Made by a program: the position numbers and the translations under genes. DNA of 64,000 nucleotides from Adineta vaga (lineage: Eukaryota > Animalia > Rotifera), in contig CP075496.1 in assembly GCA_021613535.1 (NCBI GenBank), forward strand, positions 10,664,001 to 10,728,000. The letters are read 5' to 3'. Shown in pieces: positions 14,140-28,016 of the stretch. Under the pieces are notes generated by a model that was given only the letters and a program-made list of their open reading frames with translations, did no database searches and was not told where the DNA came from. The number at the start of each line of letters is the position of its first letter. Position 1 is the first letter of the stretch.

Positions 14140-16685
14140 ATGGCATCTCCTCAAACTACTACAAATATAGAGGAATTTAGTGATAAAGAACTACTTGATC
14201 GTGTGCGTCCATTATTACAACGTGACAAAATTCGTCTCTGGGAACCACCTTATACAGATGCATCTACTAGTGCTGAAAACATTCCAGAGGCAAGATCGAA
14301 GATCTTTTTCTTTTCGTTTATCATTACCATACAAACGTATCTCATTATAGGATTTAGTTGAGAGTATTTGTGCAGAATTGGGTAATACTACGGAAGAGAT
14401 ACGTTCTGCTTTATCTTACCTACGTCGACATGCTTTAGAAAAACTAGCTGCAAAAAAGAATGTTGATTTAATAACACTTAAAATTCGTTCATCCGGTGCA
14501 TCAAATAATAAAGTTAGTCACAATCAATCATTTGCATATGTGATCTATTCTATTTTCCTATTTCTCAGAATAATAATAATGCGATCAGTATTAGTATATC
14601 ATCTCACAGTACCGGTTCTGAATTAGAAAAATTAATTCAAGAAAAACTTAATTTACACGATCAAAATATCAAGATGATTTGTTCTGGTCGAATGATTCAA
14701 TGTAATGAACAATTACAAACACAAAATATTCGCGTAAGAGAAATAATATGGATTTCAATTGATTTGATAGATGGTTTTTATTTTCACAGACAAATGCTAC
14801 AATCCTAGTTCTTGCTGTTCCAAAATCAGCTGTTGCTGCTGCATCTGCCGATGTACAAACTTCGAATTTAATTCAAGCCGTTAAAGAAGCAGCAAGGATC
14901 CTTCACGAGAATTCTCATCAAGCAGCCAATGCAAGTCGATATCAATTACGTATAACTGATCAACAAGGACGAGAATTAACAGCACTTTCCGATGATGAAA
15001 AACGTTCATTAACGATTGCAATGACTTTACACGAAAAGGGTCGTTCATTTCTACGACAACGTGATTACCTAAGTGCATTAGCATTATTTAGCGAAGCTGA
15101 TCATGAATTTCGGCAATGTTCATCACAAATGTTAAATTCTGTGGATAACTGGTAAGTTTGAAATCATTTTGATACTTAATCTATTTCTTTCTGTTGAGAG
15201 GGGGCTACTCAATTTGGATATTGTATGGTGTTATCTTTGTATGCAAAATGTTAATGATTTACAAGGTAAAATCACTTGTTTTTTTTTAATATCTGAAGTT
15301 TCATTTGACATTTAAAACTTGTATGATTCCATTTAGATGCTGCTGAAAGATTAATGAAATGTGATACATGTTTTGTTAAAGTTTATGGAAATTCTTTTCA
15401 ACGTTTGAAAGCTTTACAAAAAGATGGTACTGGTCACATGGTACTTTTCGTTCGATTGCATTTATTACAAGTAAGATTGAAACAAAAAACAGTTTGAATA
15501 GAAATTCAATATTGAAACATTGAATGATTAGGCCATCGTTGCTTACCATGCTGGTCGAAAGACGGATGCGAAAAATTTTCTTGGTATGGCTGAAGAGGAA
15601 GCACGAATGATGCGTGTTGATCCAGAAAAATTAACTCAAAGTTAGTGAAACTCTCCTTTGTTTAATAAGAATTATAAGATATTGTGTTTTTCTTCAGTTA
15701 TGCTGATGGGTTATACAGCAATAGAAGCTCGACGAGGTCTCAGAAGTTCTCAGGGTAATATCGATCAAGCCATTGAGTTTATCATTGAAGTATGAGGAGA
15801 GAAAATATTTTTCTGCGAATTTACTTTTTACTCGCATATAGAATCGGCGGTTACATGAAGAACGTCGTCGGGAAGAAGAAGCTCGAGATGAAGAAGAACG
15901 TTTACAAAATCGTTATGGACGTACACAAAATGGACAGAAGTATTGAATACACTTGTTCATTATTTGATTTCTTGAGAAGTGATTTATTTTAGAATTAATA
16001 TTACACATTTACATCAATTACAATCAATGGGATATCCACGTCGTGCTTGCGCTGAGGCGTTAAAACAGTCGAATAATCGTCTAGAAGAAGCTGGTGAAAT
16101 GTTATTAATAAATCTTGATACTCTCATAACAGCTAGTCAACCCGAAAGAGAAGATAAAGAAGATGAGAATAGTCTCGTAACTGAACTGATGGAAGATGCT
16201 ACTCATATACCTCAACTTCTATCATTAGGTGCTGAATATGAAGAAGCACGTGCACTATTAGAAATTCATGGAAATCGATTAGATAGTGCAGTAGAAGAAC
16301 TATTACAAAGAATTCAAAATCCAACACAAACAAATACGACGTTAGATTCAATGGAAGATCTTTTCAAACGAGCACGTACAATTGTTGAACAACGAGGTAA
16401 GTAAAGAATATTGATGTATTTGTGACTGATAAAATATTGACTTTTTCTCTAGCTGCTAAAAAAGCTCGCTTGGATGAAGAAAGTCTTGCTGCACAGCAAC
16501 GTCGTGAAACACTTCAAACGGTTATACCAGATCTACTACGTAATAATACGGATATCGAAGATATCACTAGTGATAACCAAACGAATACTGGTGGACCCGA
16601 TGATTATCTTGATTTATTACTAGATGAAGAAGAAACATTCATTCGGGAATATCGAAAAAGATTAGTTGACGATGGTTTTTGGTGA
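14140..16685 (+). CDS. NUB1: NEDD8 ultimate buster 1 (UBL + UBA domains)
   Basis: UBL (IKMICSGRMI), core AMTLHEKGR..L...DY..AL....EAD..F.QC...L.SVDNW.LLNLDIVWCY, YG...QRL, LFVRLHLLQ, UBA MGY...EARRGLR and MGYPRRACAEALKQSNN, and C-terminal DDYLDLLLDEEETFI.EY. Confidence 0.92.
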
Positions 16686-17135
16686 TAAAATTCTATTTAA
16701 ACAAACAAAATATACCAAAAAAGAATTTGAAAAGGAATCTTTTTTTGTCGTTTAAGAATATTGTTCATATAAAGATATTAATAAACTCGAAACAGTGTTT
16801 GCGTTATGAAGAAAAAAACTTTTTCCTAACAACTCAGATTGAATGAAATATTCTTCTTTTTATTTGAATCGGTATCATTCATAAGAAGCATTTGAAAATA
16901 TTTCACTATATCGAGACGATTGCTGGTGACATCTAATGCAAATTGAAATGTAATCATTCATAATCATCTAATACAAATTCATATTTGTAAATTTCGTTTT
17001 CTTTTCTAATTTATATTTATTAAAAATTAACAAAATAAAACTATCGTTTACCTCTATCTATCCATGGCTATGACATCTTAAATGGTATCAGAGACAGTCT
17101 AACAATCTCTAACTGTAAACCACTAATTCGTTGAA

Positions 17136-20100
17136 ATGGATGGTGAAACAGCGATAGTATCATCGACAAATATCGATCGAAAAAGTAATTCATCCTCTCC
17201 TCTCAATCCAAATTACTCTCCACAACAGTCTCGAATAACATCAGGACATGTACGTTCAAATACTAATGTTAGTATTTCAATACGAGGACCTACTACAGAA
17301 GAAAGACATACTCTACCAGAAATACCTCGTAATCCATTAACAGCTAGCGTCGCACATGTTGTTTCAAGAGAACTTGGGTAAGTAGATTTGTGAAAGTAAT
17401 ATTTTCGTTTTCTAAATTGTTTATTTTTAGAGAAAATTTTCTCAAAACTCCAATACGTCCAGAAACAGTGAAGAAACTTGTGGTATCAGGAAATGTTGAT
17501 GATGCATCTCATCGTTTATACGTACAACATCTGCGAGAAATTCAAGCTAAAAGAGAATATCAATTACAAAAAATTGGACATGATGAACAAGCATTTCTTC
17601 TAGCTGATATTCAAGCACATGAGAATAAAGATAGAGAAGACAGTAAGAATGCGAATTATATTTATGAATATTGAAGTTACATTTAAATTTTCTAGAAACA
17701 CATCTAGCAAGTTTATATATTGATGAAGATGTTTTAACGAGAGATCAAGTTATTTTACCACGAGATTTTCTTAGTTTTAATCTTCAAAAACAAATTAAAC
17801 AAGAAAATAAAATAAAAGACGCAGAAGAGAATGATCAAGAAATGCATGATATCGATAATAAATTGGTAAAGTCTTTTGTTGAAATCATGCTTTTTCTATT
17901 GGATAAAGAATATGATTTTATTTAGCCAAAACTTTTGCATCAAAATAGAAAGAAAACGTTTAATACATTATGGAAAGATCAAATCAGCGTTTCAGAAAGA
18001 GATTCAACTCGTGGACATTTACATATGATCGATAATTTAACAACCTATCATACTAATCCACGATTTGATGAAGCACGATCTAATCAATTGATAACTAGAC
18101 CGATATTACATAGGTAGAATTTTAATTCTAGAAAATCATCTTTATTTATAATTCTATTTCAGACCACCTAATCAATTACCTGTATTCGAAGCAATTCCAT
18201 CCGAAATTATTTTCACACGCTATCGTGTTGGTGATGTACATGAAACAACATTAAACTTACGAAATTTAAGTAGTGTTGCACATAGTTGTCGACTTATTCC
18301 ACCGAAGACACATCATTTTTGTATTAGTCTTTCTCAGTATCCATCTGGTCATTCACTTGTTGCAACTGGATTAAGTGTTGTTTACAATGTAAAATTTGCA
18401 CCGGATACTTTAGGTGTTTTTGAAGATGAAATTATTGTACAATGTTCAAATGGAACAGAATTTACAGTGAAATTATTAGCAAAAAGACCACCACCAGTAT
18501 TAACACGTAAGATATAGCTATTTCTGGAAGAAAACTAATGTACTTCATTGTTTATAGTTCCATCATTGGTTGATTGTGGTTATTGGTTAGCTGGTGGACG
18601 TAAAATATGTGAATTTAAAATACGAAATGATGGTGGTGAAGGACGTTTTGCCATTGTACCAGCAACATCATGGCCAGCAATTAATTTTAAAGTGAGACAT
18701 TTTAAAATGAAATGTTCTTCGGAACTGAGGAATAATGTTCTATATTACATAGACTGTCATTCGTAGTGATACTGTTCAATTATCACCTTTTGAATTATCT
18801 CCTCCAACACTTGAACTTCGTCCAGATGATACATTTCCATTACAAATAGCATTTACTCCACAAACACCTGGAGAATTTAGTGAAGATTTCATGATGATCT
18901 GTGATAATGGTGAAGTATCACGATATAAACTTAAAGGTATTTTTTTAATGTTTTTATAATTCTAATATTCTAATCGATGAGAAATATGTTTAGGTACTGC
19001 ACAAACAATTCAAGTTCGTCTTGAAGAAATTGAAGGTGGTGTTCTTGATTTGAATGAACTTGAAACACGTGATATTTCTGCACAATATTCAATTAGTTTT
19101 ATTTCTATAACTCCATTTTCATATTGTCAAAAGAAGATGATTATTAAGAATTTAACGTAAATTATAATTCATAGGATTACTTAGATTTAATTCGAATGTT
19201 TTTTCTTTCATAGAAATGTTGAATTACCATTTGTATGGACATCACTTGAACCAGTTCTTTATACTCGAGATGATTTTGCCAAACAAACTCAACCGATTGA
19301 AATCGAAAGAATTGTTAGTGAAACTTCACCATTTCATGTCGAACCAAGTCGAGGTACATTTCCACCAGCATCATCAGTTGAATTTCATGTAATATTTGCA
19401 CCGTCACTAGTAAGTCAATTTGATCTCTTCTGTTCATATATTATTCTCTTTTAATATATTACTTGCGACTATTAGCTCGGAGATTATCATACAGTCTTTC
19501 ATTTAATTATTCCGAATGCTCCAGTTTATCCAATTCCATCACTAAATGTTGATCATATGAGTGGAAAAAAGAATCAATCCAATGAACGAGTCTCATCATC
19601 AGAATCACTTTCTCGTCATTCGGCTAAACCTCCAAACAATCCACCACTTAGTCTTCAACTGGCTGATTATACAAGTACGCTTTGTTTTCTATTATAGATA
19701 CAGAAGTTTAATTGATAATGATTTCTTTCCAATAGTATTACGATTTGAAACGCGTGGTATTTGTGAAAATTTTAAATATATATTTGATCCATTTACTATT
19801 ATATTCATGGATAAACTTTCGAAAAATATCGCACATCGAAAAGATTTTCAAGTAAGGCACATGAACAAACGAATCAAATTGTCTAGAAAAAAATGTTTAT
19901 TTAGTTAACTAATACAAGTATTAGTCCATTAGTGATTAATTGGCTTAATATCGTTGGAGATGAAATCATTAATATTGAACCAGTTGCAGCAGAAATTCGT
20001 ATGAGAAAAATATTAAAATTGTTAATAAGTTTAAAATTTCATTTATTTAGTTCCGAATTCGACTTGTATATTTACATTAATATTAACTGGAACAAAAATT

Positions 20101-23100
20101 GGTCAAATCAAAGCTGAGATACCATATGAAATCGATGGTATCGATGAATGCGGATATTATCATGTTGAAGCAGAGATTACAGTGAGTTAGATTCTATTCG
20201 ATTAATTTCTTGAATTTAAAATGTTCAATTTCATTTAGGGTCCTGAAGTTGAAATTGATCCAACGCCACTGGATTTTGGTTTAATTGAATATGGAGAAAC
20301 AGTTGAAAGAATTATTAAAATTAAAAATTCAAGTCCAATTCTTGCCAAATGTCGAGTACAAGAAGTTAATCCAGTAAGAATGATATATATAGTGATATCT
20401 TAACAGTCTTTTTTGTTTTCTTTCCGTTAGAATGAATCACAACCTGTACTATCTTTACCGGATAATACAGAATTTATACTCAAGCCTATCGAAGTTTATG
20501 ATTTACATATTCATTTATTAGCAAACATAGAAGGTGCCTTATTACACCATATCGAAGTGATTATTGAAGATGGCAAAACGATGTAAATTTCATGATTTGT
20601 TCTTTTTCTTTCTCATGGAATTTTGTTTTATATTTTATGTTATGTTTAGACCGATTGAAATTACTGCAATCATTCAACGACCAAGTGCCTATATTTCTCC
20701 TGTTGAACTTGATATTGGTGAAGCATTTCTCAATGTACCCATCATTCGATATGTCGAAATTCATGCTATCAATGCATTACCTACACATTTTCAATGGGGA
20801 GAAGTATGTAAAATTTGTTGACTATCGAAAATAACAATCGAAGGATATTTGAACAGGTTTCATGTGCTGATAAAACTCAATGTTCAATTGAAATTAATCC
20901 TCGTCATGGTACAATTTATCAAGGTCGATCGAATATGATTGAAATTATCGTCATTCCACAACAAGAAGGTATATTAAATGATGATTGGAATATTCCTTGT
21001 TATATTCAAAATGCATCACAACCGATATTTCTTAAATTAAAAGCTTTAATGAAAGGCATGAATGTTGAATTTCGACGTGATGAAACGTATGTATCAATGA
21101 AGAATTTTGTATTTTATGAAAGTTTTCCTTTTTCCACGTTTTTAGTACATTTCAATTTGATGAACAATTTACACTCGATTTTAATCGTGTACCATTAGGA
21201 GAAAAAGCACGTTTAGAATTAATAATAACGAATTTAACAGATATTCAAAGTGGTATAAAAGCTAATATTGCAAAATTTAAAACCAAAGTAAGAGAATTTG
21301 ATTTAAAGAATAACAATAACTATTTATACTTGTAGATTATAGCAACAATGAATGAACAAAGTACGAGTAGATTTTGAAATGAAACAATTTATTATTATTA
21401 TTATTATGCTTTAGGAACGCAAAATTTTGAACCATTAGATCCGGAAATTGGAGTTGGATTTCATTTAGAAAAAGCAGAAACAGATGTGTATTCGTTACCA
21501 CCTCGTGGAACAGTGACTATACCTATATCAGTAATGAGTTCAATGTGGGGAACGTATACCGATCTTTTACAACTTCAAGTAAATCTTTTCATCAAGTCTC
21601 GTATGTTTCTTTTATTTATTTCTGTGTATTAGATTGATGGAATGGATACGCTTAAAGAAATTCCTATCCAAGCTCATATCACTGGACATCCTATAAAAAC
21701 ATATCTGTGTGCCAATAAAAATGATAATACATTATCATCTTCATCATTACCTGCTGTTCAATTTGGTTTAATGTTACATAATTCTCAGCCAGTTAAAAAG
21801 AAAGTTCATATGCAAAATATTTCTCATATACCTATATGTATTGATTGGGTTGTTTATGATACACCAGAAGAAATATCAGAAAAACAAAAACTTATTGAAT
21901 TAATACCTGTTATTGATAATAATCCATTCAATCATTTTGCAAGTGAAACAACAATTATGGAAAATAACGATGAAATTATGTCTCAAACAACTATATCAAC
22001 TAGTAAGGCACATACATCAAATATTGAAAATTATACAGATGACTCATTTTTATCGTAGAATCTCCAAGTTCCAGATCAGCTTCGCGTATATCTACTCAAT
22101 CTGCGATTAGTTCTATTGATACTAGACCAACACCTTTAATTAAACTCTATGTTGAACCTTATCGAGGTAAACGAGCGTCTGATATCAGTCCGATTTTTAC
22201 TACTTCACCAACAACTCAAGTAAATCATTTGATTTCTATCCAATTAATGATCGTAATCTATACATTTGTTTTTCTCTTCTCAGGTTATTAAACCAAGAGA
22301 ACATTTTTATCTTGAAGTAACTATGTTACCTCGAAATTGTCCAGTCAAAGATCGTCCAGTTAAATGTAATGCACGAGTAGTTGGTGTTCTAAGTGTTTCA
22401 GAAGATGTAAGTGTCAAGAATTCTATTACGTCATATCAATTACATGATTTATATTTCTAGAGACAAGGTTCACCAAATCAAGGTTTTGAGAGAAAGATTT
22501 TTTATGAACATGAAGAACAAATTGAATTTAAAATCAATGGTTCACTTGATATGCCAACATTACGTGTTGAACTTGATGATGATGATTGTGTTGTTAAGAA
22601 ACCAGATGCACTATCATTCGCTATTCCTGTTGGTAAGTTCGATTTTTATAAGAGGAAATTTTCCTCTATATACAGAATACAAAAACTGTACGTCTTGTCT
22701 TTTATCAGGTGATATTCTCTCATGTCAACCAAATCTTTATAATTGTACTGTACCATCAGCAAGAAAGTCTTCTTCGAAAGCATCATCATTATTAAGAGAA
22801 AATCGCCATGAAAAGATCTATACACAAACATTAAATCTCTTGAATACACGTCAATATACTATACCATTTGAACTGTCTGTTTCTGATCCATCATTTCTCT
22901 CTATTCAACCAACAACAATTACAACTTTAACGCCACAATCCAAAGTTAATGTTCAATGTGAATTTCATCTATCACAAGATTTTATTGATCAATTTTATAC
23001 GTCGAATTTAAATAATAATCAAGAATTATTATCGAAAATAAAACAAAGCATCACAACGGAACATGGACGTCGAATACAATGGCGAGAACAATTAACAGTA

Positions 23101-23589
23101 AAATATAATCAAAATGAAATGGAACAAACAATACCGATTGATATTCGTCTATATTTTCCAATTCTAACTGTAAATTGTGATAGAATAGATTTTGGAAAAT
23201 GTTTAATTGAACAAACAAGACAAAAAGAATTGATTATAAAGAATTTAACTTGTTCATCAGCAGCATGGTCAATACGAAAAGGTAAAGTTATCATCTTTCT
23301 TTCTTCAATTGATCCGATAAGAGCTATCTATATTTTAGTTCATGCAAATAATCCTGATGCCTATGAAGCATTTCGAATTGAACCAAAATCTGGTATATTA
23401 AAAACACAACTTAATTCAAAAGAAAAAATTGCTCAACAAGTGATATCAATTTATTTTACTGCTCGACATAATCATACATATGAATGTCAATTACTTGTCG
23501 AAGGTTTATTTGATGAACCACCTATTTCAATATATTTAACTGGAGAAGGTACTTTTGATGGAAAATATGAAGCAATTCTTGATATTTAA
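17136..23589 (+). CDS. DLEC1: Cilia central-apparatus protein DLEC1/CFAP81 (ASH/Ig-like repeats)
   Basis: IIFTRYRVGDVHE..LNLRNLS, FAPDTLG.FED, AKRPPPVLT..S.VDCGY..., GRFAIVP..SWP...FK, SSMWGTYTD.L, C-terminal LVEGLFDE....L.GEGTFDGKY. About 20 short introns, including a 25-nt exon at 21336-21360. Confidence 0.88.
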
Positions 23590-23904
23590 TGAACAAACAA
23601 ACTACTCGACTCTTTTTATATTTATTTTGAATCTACAATAAAAAGAAAAGGAAATCCTACTTTTCATTTGCCCTTCTCGTTGTGAATCAAATGGATTCAT
23701 TAGAGATCATAAAATTTCATTCGTCCTTTTCTTTTAGAATTCAAAACTCAATATAAAATAGTATTTCTTTTTGTGCGTCAATGACGAAAACTTTATTTAA
23801 TTAACAAACTACAATTATTTTTCATTCATTTTAATGAGATAATAAAAGTACAGAAAGATAGTATACGGTTTTAATAATTTGGTTCGACTAATTTTTTTTT
23901 ATTT

Positions 23905-24903
23905 TCATAGTTGTATTCCCTTTAATCGATGGCGTATTCCGTCGATGATTGCCAACTGATGACAAGATTTCTTTATTTCTTCATAAAAATTTTCTAAGAC
24001 TGTAAACTTCCAATAATCTTGTTTCCGAGACATCAGATGATAATTATGACCATAAGATAGATAAGTTAAGCGTTTGACTTTAACTTGCTTGTCAACTAGG
24101 AGCATTACGGCATGAGCACATCCATCACCAATATATTCTCGAAGCATGTAATCATCTTCAACGAGTTCACGAATAAAATGTTGTACTTGTTCGGATTCAT
24201 AGTACCATTTCAAACGAATAATAAAAAAATTATTGTAAATACAAGTGATAGTAAAAGGTTTACCAATGAATAAATGCTGTAGAAGTGGTTTTAAGGGTTC
24301 AATTGCTTCGTTATACAATGCTCGATAAGCATAATCGAGATTTTTTCGCTTCGTATATTCAAAAAGATCTTCTTGAGTATTGTCAGAAAAGTATGAATCA
24401 TCATCCATTCTCATCAAATAATCATAACCACCATTTCGAACTGTTGGATGATAAAATACATCATACGTCCAAAATCGACACATCAAACGATATTCCATTG
24501 ATTTGCCTAAGTCGGAAGTACTCAACGGCTTAACCGATGTTGTAAAATTGATGAGAACAAACGAAATGTTGAGTTGAGTGTTATTTCTTTGTACACATGA
24601 TAGTATGTATTGTTGCATTTGTGAAGTGAAGTTTTGATCATGAAAGATGAGAAATGGATAGGATGAATTTGTTTGAACTGAATGAAAATGCATGACAGAA
24701 TGAATCATATTGATAGTCAAAAGAATAGATCGATTGGTACTACGCATCAATGTCACAATTACACCACGTGCATCTACATACATGTGCGGGTGTAATAATG
24801 AATGATCCGTTGTATATATAGTATAATAAATCAAAATAACAGAAATAAGAAGTATGATCATTCCTTTTTTCAAAGATATATAGAGACTGAAGTTATTTGC
24901 CAT
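23905..24903 (-). CDS. GT15-like (KRE2/MNT1 family) alpha-1,2-mannosyltransferase, copy A, intronless
   Basis: Type II TM anchor, YPFLIFH, YRLMCRFW..DVFYHP....GYDYLMRMDDDS, DLF......LDY.YR, IYNNFFI..L.W, and a GD motif near the C-terminus. Confidence 0.8.
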   Translation of the reverse strand: MANNFSLYISLKKGMIILLISVILIYYTIYTTDHSLLHPHMYVDARGVIVTLMRSTNRSILLTINMIHSVMHFHSVQTNSSYPFLIFHDQNFTSQMQQYILSCVQRNNTQLNISFVLINFTTSVKPLSTSDLGKSMEYRLMCRFWTYDVFYHPTVRNGGYDYLMRMDDDSYFSDNTQEDLFEYTKRKNLDYAYRALYNEAIEPLKPLLQHLFIGKPFTITCIYNNFFIIRLKWYYESEQVQHFIRELVEDDYMLREYIGDGCAHAVMLLVDKQVKVKRLTYLSYGHNYHLMSRKQDYWKFTVLENFYEEIKKSCHQLAIIDGIRHRLKGIQL

Positions 24904-26235
24904 TTGAACGAGAAATTTTAAAAGAACATTTGTTTGATTTTAATTGAACAAAAACGTAATTTATTTTCTTTCTGGTCACATGTTTTGAAGGTCTCTTGTG
25001 CGAATATTTTGTCACTAGTTGGGTTGAACATTATGTCATCATTTATGAAAGATGATGCAATCCTATGAATAAAAAAAACGATTCATTCATTTCTATTATT
25101 ATACTATGAAAATGGTCAGGAAAAAAGATGTGATTATAAACGTTTCTATAATAGATTAAAATTTTGTTTAAATCAATGAAAAACGAAGTTTAGAGGGTGG
25201 ATGTCTTCATTATAAAACATAGGAATTAATTTCTTATTTCGACATACAATAAATAAGTAAAGTAATACTGAACAATCTAAAGATGTGATAAAAACATATT
25301 TATTCTTACTGAAAGAAAATTAAATCTTTTGAACAACATTAACTTGGAAAGAAAAGAATTTCGTCTATTGCCATGTGTTGATAGGCTGATTTTTCTTTTC
25401 TATTTGTTATATATTTGTGTGAGAGTAGGATGAATGAAAAAAACTACTGAATTTTATTTATTGTTCGATTGTGTGTGAGATGGTGATTGAGCATAGTTTT
25501 AATCTCAACTTTTAATCTATGAAGTTATAGGCTAGAATGCTATTATTCGTAACGAACCCTAAATTGTCCATCGATTAAAACACTAAGAGCTTGGAGATAC
25601 TTGCTTTGAATCAGACGTTCAGAAGGATACTCAACAGTGTGATGTAAACTCAAGTAGTTACTGTAGTAAAGGATTTTAAATTTTATTTGTTCTGACATTT
25701 TTAATCAGACAGAAAGATGAAAGGAATGGAAATGCGCGTTCTAACCTGTTAAAACGCATTAAGAATCCTTGTGCAAAACGAGATTTCAAAGTATTTATTC
25801 AGCGAAGTTTTTCTTCCATTCTACAAAAAAATAATATATCATGCTGAAATGTCTTGGATACCGACAACTTTTTTATTTTCTCTGCAGTAAATTTAAAATG
25901 AAAAGGGAAGATTTCCCCATTTAGCGCATTCAATTAGCGAACGATGTAGCAGACTGCATAAGTATCTTTAATCTCTTTCGCAGCAAGATTCTGTCATCAA
26001 TCTGACGATAGTCATGAAGATGAGTGGAAGAAAGACAAGCTTACACGCTTAAGGTGCTGAAAATTCATTAGTGGACATTGCTATGTTTAAAATTAAATTA
26101 AGATCATATTGTATTTATAAATTAAGTTCAAACATAATAATACATATTAACTAATACAAGTGTCAATCAAAAAGAGGAAAAATACTAAATTTGAAATCGA
26201 CAGTTTAGAAAAACAATCTGTTTTCGCCATAAGAA

Positions 26236-27243
26236 TTAGTGTGTCATATTTATTCGTGTTAAAATAGGTTTAGATTCACGAAGCACGGTCAACTGATAAC
26301 ACGATCTGTTAATTTCTTCATAAAAGTCTTTTACTAGAATAAACTTCCAATACTTTCGTTCTGCAGTCATTACATGATAATTATGACCATAAGATATATC
26401 GAAAATATGTTTCGATCTAACACTATTATCAATTTGAAGCATCTCTGCATGAACACATCCATCACCGATGTATTGTCGCAATATCAGATCATCTTGAATA
26501 AGCTCACGAATGAATCGTTGCACTTGTTCAGATTTATAGTACCATTCCAAACGAATAATGAAAAAGTTATTGTAAATACAAGGAGTATCATTTTCAGAGA
26601 TATTTACAAATCGTTTCAGGATATCTTGCATTTCCGCTTTCGATTCCCAATATGCTGCTCGATAAACATAATCTAGTTTTTGTGCATCAGTATAGGCAAA
26701 GAGATCATATTTAGTCATATTGGATATATATGAATCATCATCCATTCTCATCAAATAATCATAACCACCATTTCGAATTGCTGGATGATAAAATACATCA
26801 TATATCCAAAATCGGCACATTAAACGATATTGAATTGATTTTGCTGATTGTGAATTCTGGACAGATTGTACTGCTGTTGTAAAATTAAAAAGAGCAAACG
26901 AAATAGTTATATCTTTGTTGTTTCTAAGTACGCACGAGAATATGTGTTGTTGCATGTGAGAAGTAAAGTTCTGATCATGAAAAATAAGAAATGGATATGG
27001 CGAATTTTCATCAATTGTATGAAAACGAATGACAGAATTAATCATATTCATAGTAAGAAACATCGATTGATTAGTACTTCGCATTAAGGTCACAATTACT
27101 CCTCGTGGGCGCTTATTCGATGAAGTAGGGATAGAATTGAAGTTTGAATGTTGATTATAAGCATTGGTATATAGTTGATAGATAATAGTTAATACAATAA
27201 TGACTAAAAATATTTTAAAGTACCAATACCGTTTTAAACTCAT
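26236..27243 (-). CDS. GT15-like mannosyltransferase, copy B, intronless
   Basis: Same motif series as copy A (YRLMCRFW, YDYLMRMDDDS, CIYNNFF, YIGDGC) with an N-terminal TM helix. Confidence 0.8.
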   Translation of the reverse strand: MSLKRYWYFKIFLVIIVLTIIYQLYTNAYNQHSNFNSIPTSSNKRPRGVIVTLMRSTNQSMFLTMNMINSVIRFHTIDENSPYPFLIFHDQNFTSHMQQHIFSCVLRNNKDITISFALFNFTTAVQSVQNSQSAKSIQYRLMCRFWIYDVFYHPAIRNGGYDYLMRMDDDSYISNMTKYDLFAYTDAQKLDYVYRAAYWESKAEMQDILKRFVNISENDTPCIYNNFFIIRLEWYYKSEQVQRFIRELIQDDLILRQYIGDGCVHAEMLQIDNSVRSKHIFDISYGHNYHVMTAERKYWKFILVKDFYEEINRSCYQLTVLRESKPILTRINMTH

Positions 27244-28016
27244 CGTGTTTTAGATATAGTGAGATTGTTGCTCATTGTATAGATTATTGTTGATTTAATT
27301 CATGTTTTAAATTAAAATTTATGTACAAATATAATAGTCGCATTTGGTAAAAAGTGTTGCCGAAGGATCGATCAAAAATGTTTTTTAAATACTGCTCAGC
27401 TCATTGAAGAGAAAAAAAGTTGTTCTAATCTTGCTAGTATATGATACCGTTTTATGGTGTACAGAATTGTCATAGAATGTATCTGGAGTAAATTATTTTA
27501 TGACTGATAAAAAGAAAAGAACAATATAAAAGAAATTGTACGGTGAGCGATTGATGTGTTTATTAATTTTGATTTTGTGTTAAAATGTATTGTCAACGTA
27601 GTTTTGTTTTTCAAAACTAGGACGATATTGAGAAAAGTACAGTTGACATCGTTCGAACCATCAGTTGATTTCTTCATATAAGATTATACTGAAAAAAAAA
27701 ACAGTTGAGAAGTAATTATAAAAATACTTTTTATTATATCGTCGATGGTAAATGAAAGGAAATAGAAGATATTAGTTTCGAACAACATTCACGTTCTATA
27801 CTCGGCAGCGATCAGTCGCATTATCGAGGGCTCTCTTTTCGTCTTGTCTCTGAATCTGCGTATATTTTTACGTGATTCCAATCTTTCTTTCGTCTTTTTC
27901 TTTATTTCCTTTAAGTCTTGCGACTTAAAGATCTTATTCTTACTTTCGGTTTTCGAGAGTTTCTCCAAATCTTAACAACAGGAAGAAGTCTTCTAAAAAC
28001 TCTTGGTTTTTCGTCG

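Noticed and set aside
22003-22058. Apparent stop/frameshift in DLEC1 at 22056-22058
   Set aside because: Explained by a normal 56-nt GTAAG...TAG intron that restores the frame.
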